Shown here: piece by piece, positions 59,108-64,000 of the stretch
Layout of the letters: the number at the start of each line of letters is the position of its first letter
Position numbering within the stretch: the first letter of the stretch is position 1
Origin: an uncultured Gammaproteobacteria bacterium
GTDB lineage: Bacteria > Patescibacteriota > Microgenomatia > JALYQM01
NCBI GenBank assembly: GCA_964535655.1
Contig: CAZHTP010000002.1
Span: 154,054 to 218,053 of the forward strand
Length of the DNA stretch: 64,000 nucleotides
Direction: 5' to 3'
Position numbers and translations under genes: made by a program
The notes under the pieces: model-generated
Databases searched by the model: none
What the model was told of the DNA's origin: nothing
The model's input: the letters and a program-made list of their open reading frames with translations, nothing else

Positions 59108-59332
59108 ATGGCAAACCTGTACTCTGCTTTTCTCGCTATTCATATTTTAGGAGCAATGAGCTTATTTGCTTGGATATGCTTTGCACTACTCTCCCTAAAG
59201 ATCAAAACGGTAATGTCGTACCGTATACAGGCTAAGATCATCGCTATCAACGGGGCCGCACAACTCGCTTCTGGCTCCCTTCTAGGGATGGCGCATAGTG
59301 GCCCCCTCCGTGGACTTTTTGCGCTAAAATAG
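59108..59332 (+). CDS. Small membrane protein (hypothetical)
   Basis: 74-aa ORF only. Confidence 0.2.
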   Translation: MANLYSAFLAIHILGAMSLFAWICFALLSLKIKTVMSYRIQAKIIAINGAAQLASGSLLGMAHSGPLRGLFALK

Positions 59333-59468
59333 GCCTATATGTAGTGGTAATTGCTGCGGCCGAATGCGCCCTATTTTGGAATATGCAGGACAAAAAGATG
59401 TTTCCTAAGGCAACGGTTTACTCCAGTGTAGCCACCGGGATGCTCTTTGTGGCGCTGAAGGTAGTGTC

Positions 59469-60467
59469 TTATTGAACCAGAGCAGAGAGGAATTCCCCCA
59501 TTTTGGCATGGTCGTGCCTCACCGTGTCTAATTTATTCCAAATTTCCCGTTTATCTTTGGCTGATTCGGCAAAATCCTCAACGAAAATCTTGCAAGAAAG
59601 GCCTTCAAAACGCCTCATATCCTCCTCTGTCGGTGAAAGAACCACGATTCCATCTGCAGCATATTTTTTCTGAGTTTCCTCATTCAGATGATCACTTTTA
59701 TTAACAAGTGCATAATCGAGTACTCCTTCTCCCAAGAATTCATTCATTTTATTAACATAGTCAAAACTAGAAAATCCGTCAGTTTGCCCAGGCTGGGTGG
59801 TTGTGTTGGCAATATACACAACCTTACCAGCAGAAACCCGAATCGAATCTCTAACGCCATCAAATATTAACGCCGCCATTACACTAGTATAAAAACTCCC
59901 AGGGCCTATAACGATTAAATCTGCATCACAGATAGCATCAAGCGCAGGGCGATATGCTGGAGCAGGGGATTTTGCTAAGAACAACTTCTTAATGGGGGAT
60001 TTATTCACACCACGGGTTTCCAGTTCGTTGCGAGTAATACTTCCATCTTCCAGCTCGGCACACAAGTCTGTATCAACATCTGACACAGGATAAACTTTAG
60101 CGACACACCCCACCATCTTTTGCAACTCCTCAACCGCCTTCGAAAAGCTACCTGTCATCTGTGATAAAGCGGCTAAAACCAAATTCCCGACTGCCATTCC
60201 TTCTAATTCTTTAACACGCTCGCCATCAAAGCGATACTGTAGAAGTTTCACTAACAGATCATTAGGATCATATGCAAGGCTAGCAATAGTATTTCGAATA
60301 TCTCCAGGTGCTGGAATTTTTCCTATTCCGCGCGCTACCCCCGTGCTTCGTCCGCAATCAGTAACACTAATTATTGCCGACAAATGACTAAAATAAGGTT
60401 TGGCTGCACGAATTACCTGTGTCGTACCGTTGCCACCTCCAATCGCCACTAACTTTAGTTTACGCAT
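59469..60467 (-). CDS. yvcK: YvcK/CofD-like gluconeogenesis factor (UPF0052)
   Basis: MRKLKLVAIGGGNGTTQVIRA... The ORF-track start is upstream, so MRK at 60467 is preferred. Confidence 0.8.
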   Translation of the reverse strand: MRKLKLVAIGGGNGTTQVIRAAKPYFSHLSAIISVTDCGRSTGVARGIGKIPAPGDIRNTIASLAYDPNDLLVKLLQYRFDGERVKELEGMAVGNLVLAALSQMTGSFSKAVEELQKMVGCVAKVYPVSDVDTDLCAELEDGSITRNELETRGVNKSPIKKLFLAKSPAPAYRPALDAICDADLIVIGPGSFYTSVMAALIFDGVRDSIRVSAGKVVYIANTTTQPGQTDGFSSFDYVNKMNEFLGEGVLDYALVNKSDHLNEETQKKYAADGIVVLSPTEEDMRRFEGLSCKIFVEDFAESAKDKREIWNKLDTVRHDHAKMGEFLSALVQ

Positions 60468-60488
60468 GATTAGTATTATACTCATGGT

Positions 60489-61262
60489 ATGCCTAAACAA
60501 CCAATAGAAAAAATGTACGAAACCCACTATGAGATAGGTGAGCATCAATACGAATTAGAAAATATTCTCATCACGTTTGACTTATTAAAAGATCATAGAT
60601 TTGATTTGTTAAAACCAACGTACATTTTTGACATCGATCACACGCTTCTTAACAGCAATGAACTTAAGAATCATTTTAATGATGCCTTTGAAAGATATAA
60701 TCATGTCTTTAGTAATGGTGTTTGGCTTGAAACTTACAAACTAGCCAAAACCAGAGAGAATTTTTATGACTTTCCTAAACATATTGAAATACTAGCGCAA
60801 AAGCTTGATGGAACACTGGCAACAGAAACGATTCTTAAAGATTTAATGGAAAAGACTCTTGAGTCGGTAATACCCGACCTAATACACCCGAACCTATTTT
60901 GGCAAATTAATGGCGAAAAAGAACAGATAAATTTGGTATTAGCCACATCCGGGGAAACAACGTATCACCGTATGAAAGTGCGCTCATTAATTAGATACTT
61001 GCCGTTACTACCTATCGCAGTAATTTACATTGAACAGGCTGATAAAGGCATAGCTATAAATGAATTCTATAAACATTATAATTTACCCACCAATTATGAA
61101 TGCTATCTGTTCGACGACAACCCCTCTGAACTAGAAGATGTTCATCAAAAGTGTAAAGACAAAAAAATTAACCTTATGCGGGTAAAACAACCAAATGGGC
61201 ACTACAATCACAAAGTCGCAGCGCAACTAATCCGTTCTGAAGAGTGGAATTTCAACAGTTAA
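60489..61262 (+). CDS. HAD-superfamily hydrolase-like protein
   Basis: FDIDHTL (DxDxT motif I). Confidence 0.45.
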   Translation: MPKQPIEKMYETHYEIGEHQYELENILITFDLLKDHRFDLLKPTYIFDIDHTLLNSNELKNHFNDAFERYNHVFSNGVWLETYKLAKTRENFYDFPKHIEILAQKLDGTLATETILKDLMEKTLESVIPDLIHPNLFWQINGEKEQINLVLATSGETTYHRMKVRSLIRYLPLLPIAVIYIEQADKGIAINEFYKHYNLPTNYECYLFDDNPSELEDVHQKCKDKKINLMRVKQPNGHYNHKVAAQLIRSEEWNFNS

Positions 61263-61388
61263 CATTCCTCAAGCAGCTATTACAAATCTCCAGGTCCTGA
61301 AGGGGTAATGGAGCTACTCGAGAAATAAAACAAGTAACAAAGTGCATCGGAAATCACCACAGGAAATGAGTAGAAAACTTGACCTACA

Positions 61389-62273
61389 CTAATCGATTTC
61401 CAGTCTCTCTAAAAGTGTAACTGGGCTGGTTGTTTTAATTACCACTGTATAATCGAATAATTCTTGTGGCGCGACCGTATACCAATTGTCATCACTTTCT
61501 TCAGGATTATAAGAAGCCCCAATTTCAAAAACGCGATATTTTGTATTATGTTGCTTCGAAAAATCAACCACCATTTCCTCTTCATCGCAAGGTATATCGC
61601 TAGCCTTATGTATGGGAAAAACTTGAATCTCTCCCGTTTGTTGATGTATAGCTCGGAATTCACCTCCACAAAAGTAAAAACCAATAGAAAGATAGGATTG
61701 ATGCAATTTTTCTTTTAAAATGGAACCCATCGTTGTATATTCAGGAATGTGAAGATTTGAAATATGGCTATTATGTGACCAAACAATAATTTTCTTTCGT
61801 TCCTTCGCTAAATTTAAAACAAACTCTGCCATCAAACCATCTCGAATAGATAATGTCTCACTTCTTCGTGTATCGTTAGGATCTAGATCATATCCATACA
61901 TATGCACCGGATCAGTCATGTGCGTAGCATTATATCCTCGCAACCATCGCATTAAAAAACGAAATTCTCGCGTTGCGATAATCCAGTAACCACAGTTTTC
62001 CAAAATAGAATCTATATCGGCGCGTTGCCCAGTAACATACTCATCAAGCTGCATAGCAGTACTTTCAGAAGTTTCAATAGCAACAGAATTAAAGTGCAAA
62101 TACACAACTAAATAAATAATTAATCGCGATTTAGCCCTACTAAACTCCGCCGAGCCATGCGTCGCTTCACCTAAACCAATAATTTTTTTTCCTTTAAACG
62201 GCGCCAGTGCATTTAGCTGTCTCACAACAGGACTTATATACAAAGAATATGATCCATCAAAATCAGGAATCAT
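61389..62273 (-). CDS. Erythromycin-esterase (Ere) family protein, possibly truncated
   Basis: IIGLGEATHGSAEF and IIVWSHNSHI match Ere-family motifs. At 294 aa it is shorter than typical members. Confidence 0.55.
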   Translation of the reverse strand: MIPDFDGSYSLYISPVVRQLNALAPFKGKKIIGLGEATHGSAEFSRAKSRLIIYLVVYLHFNSVAIETSESTAMQLDEYVTGQRADIDSILENCGYWIIATREFRFLMRWLRGYNATHMTDPVHMYGYDLDPNDTRRSETLSIRDGLMAEFVLNLAKERKKIIVWSHNSHISNLHIPEYTTMGSILKEKLHQSYLSIGFYFCGGEFRAIHQQTGEIQVFPIHKASDIPCDEEEMVVDFSKQHNTKYRVFEIGASYNPEESDDNWYTVAPQELFDYTVVIKTTSPVTLLERLEID

Positions 62274-62353
62274 ATCTCAATTGTATCACGCACAAGATAG
62301 CCTAACTTCAAGGCTATCGTTCGCGCTGCCATTTTCGGAGTTATTTATAAAAA

Positions 62354-62992
62354 TTGAAAAGAAAAACAAGGCGATTCCTGTATCACCGCTGCAGCGCAAC
62401 CTGTACGAAGTCCATTAGGCGGGAAGAACTTGAAACATCACTAACGGAACTATTAAAAAAGATCACTCCTAGGAAAGAAACCACAGAGCTCTTTATCCAA
62501 CAAATCTACAAGGTGTACCATGAACGACTTGCTCGACTCAGAACAATTAAAGGTGCAGCAGATGATGAAATAACACGCCTCCAAGATATAAGAAGGCAGT
62601 TAATTGAAAAGAATTTGGCAGGCGTCTATTCTGATGAAATATTTAAAGAACAGAATGCATTAATTGAAGACAAAATGCTGAAAGCTCACATCGCCAAAGA
62701 AGATTCCACTCTCGAAAAATACAATATCGACGCAGTCACATCGTTTATGAAAACATTACTCGCAGATCTCGGAGAAACATACAAAAGATCCAATCCAAAT
62801 CAGGTCAAAGTACTGCTGAGTTCAATCTTCCCTTCTGGATTGGCTTGGAGCTATAATGGTACATTGAACACCGAGATTAGCCCATTATATAAAGATATTG
62901 TGTGTGTTGATGACCAACACTTTTCATTCAGAGCGGAGGAAGAGATTCGAACTCTCGACGTTCACCTTGGAAGGGTGACATTCTACCACTGA
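62354..62992 (+). pseudogene. C-terminal remnant of a large serine recombinase (Zn-ribbon plus coiled-coil region only)
   Basis: YHRCSATCT..., a coiled coil and ...SSIFPSGLAWSYNGTLNTE parallel the C-terminus of the 57474..58994 recombinase (...SILFPEGIYTDKQGNLRTP). No catalytic N-domain. Overlaps tRNA-Gly. Confidence 0.5.
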
Positions 62993-63013
62993 ATTACCTC
63001 CGCACTCTTACCT
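62942..63013 (-). tRNA. tRNA-Gly (anticodon TCC)
   Basis: Manual fold: acceptor GCGGAGG/CCTCCGC, anticodon arm TCACC-CTTCCAA-GGTGA, T-arm GAGAG-TTCGAAT-CTCTT, discriminator T. Confidence 0.85.
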
Positions 63014-63042
63014 GCATATAATACCAAAATCGACAAAGTGTT

Positions 63043-63246
63043 TCAATCGTTAGGAATCGAATCAAGATACCTAAAAGATACAGGAATTCCCAATTTATAA
63101 GCCTCACCAATGGCAGCGCGATATCGATCAGCAGCATCTCTAACTGCTTGATCAACGTTAATATGTAAAGCAGTATTAACAAGCCTTCTTCGGGCGCGAA
63201 TAAGGTCACAATAAGTAGTTTTTTGTTCTCTACGAAGTTTTTCCAT
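63043..63246 (-). CDS. Small hypothetical protein (possible RHH/antitoxin-like)
   Basis: 67-aa ORF with weak similarity to small DNA-binding proteins. Confidence 0.25.
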   Translation of the reverse strand: MEKLRREQKTTYCDLIRARRRLVNTALHINVDQAVRDAADRYRAAIGEAYKLGIPVSFRYLDSIPND

Positions 63247-63249
63247 AAG

Positions 63250-64000
63250 TTATTTTAGAGTGATATCTTGGGCGCTCAGTTTATCCTGCTTGACCACTTC
63301 GCCAGGAGAAGTATATGAGTGATAGGCAAGCTTTCTACCCGGGTAAATGCTGGTGTTTATACCTGTACGAACATGGTCTCCAACTATCGCACCAAGGTGA
63401 TAAAGCCCAGTGTCGACCAAATTTTCCTTAACATTTACTTTTATAACTCCTCGATCATGTCTTCTGTCAGCCGTCACCGTACCCCCGCCAAGAATAATAT
63501 TATTCCCCAAAACGCTATACCCAACAAAGGAAAGGTGCTCAATATTGACCCTGTTACCGATTGAGCTATGTTCAATTTCAACGGAAGAACCAATTTTACA
63601 GAAGTCTCCAATATCAACATTTCCCCTGATGTAGGTATGAGGACCAATAATACAGTCCTCCCCAATAATAACATTGCCGTCAATATACGTGCCCGATTTA
63701 ACTACGGTTCCTTTGCCAATAATCACATTCCCTTTAATCACAACATTTTCCTCAACTTCGCCTTGAACATCCATTTTAATATCTGGCATAAGGCGCTCAT
63801 TTGCCTGCAAGATATGCCAAGGATATCCTACCGTTAGCCAATAGCCATTAACCGAAACTATTTCCATGGGGTACTCTTGACAATATGCCGTGACTGGATC
63901 AGTAAGTTCATATTCACCACGTTTAGAAAGCGGCATGGTTTTTGTAAACTTAAATATATGCTTATCAAAATGAAACACACCGATGTTTGCAACATTACCC
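63250..64000 (-). CDS. Sugar-phosphate nucleotidyltransferase with C-terminal left-handed beta-helix (GlmU/RmlA-long-like); 5' end beyond the window
   Basis: Hexapeptide repeats (IIGKGTVV..GNVIIGEDCIIGPHTYIRGNVDIG...) and EYELTD. The ORF stays open to the window edge. Confidence 0.6.
   Translation of the reverse strand, partial: GNVANIGVFHFDKHIFKFTKTMPLSKRGEYELTDPVTAYCQEYPMEIVSVNGYWLTVGYPWHILQANERLMPDIKMDVQGEVEENVVIKGNVIIGKGTVVKSGTYIDGNVIIGEDCIIGPHTYIRGNVDIGDFCKIGSSVEIEHSSIGNRVNIEHLSFVGYSVLGNNIILGGGTVTADRRHDRGVIKVNVKENLVDTGLYHLGAIVGDHVRTGINTSIYPGRKLAYHSYTSPGEVVKQDKLSAQDITLK

Noticed and set aside
1-64000. CRISPR arrays / rRNA genes
   Set aside because: No regularly spaced direct repeats or rRNA-like conserved stretches were seen anywhere in the window.

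Overview
This is a low-GC (about 38-40%) bacterial chromosomal window with compact, frequently overlapping genes. Three compositionally foreign, higher-GC islands sit at about 29.8-30.6 kb, 38.5-39.1 kb and 53.6-55.6 kb.

Core content: an IMPDH-family protein, MiaB, MiaA, ComM/YifB, RNase P RNA, SecD/SecF, a phosphomannomutase plus a cupin-type mannose-6-phosphate isomerase domain, rplJ-rplL, YhaM, PpsA, a P-type ATPase, YvcK and two tRNAs. A large surface-glycan locus at 9.1-20.6 kb holds five polytopic GT-C-type membrane glycosyltransferases, RmlA, RmlB, an RmlD-like reductase and a methyltransferase.

Accessory content:
- Near the left end (2.78-3.90 kb, minus) is a three-gene operon: a TIR-like (DUF1863/ThsB-like) protein, a small multi-TM membrane protein and a 96-aa protein. 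I consider it a candidate minimal Thoeris-like TIR plus membrane-effector defence module. It converges on, and overlaps, a VTC/CYTH-like + NUDIX operon and sits next to a DUF433/DUF5615 TA pair.
- Other accessory genes include an AbiEi/AbiEii pair, a high-GC secreted mini-protein cassette flanked by repeats, and a 752-aa orphan protein translationally coupled to a DUF4258 toxin-like gene.
- A Gabija-like GajA/GajB pair sits at 48.2-51.3 kb.
- At 51.4-59.05 kb is an integrative element inserted at tRNA-Arg(TCT). It carries a large serine recombinase, an XRE regulator, a stand-alone minimal family-A DNA polymerase, a GC-rich block of small membrane proteins with covarying repeat hairpins, and a Cys-rich anchored protein.
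- At 62.35-63.0 kb a second, decayed serine-recombinase remnant overlaps tRNA-Gly(TCC), which marks a tandem tRNA integration hotspot.

No CRISPR array or rRNA was seen.
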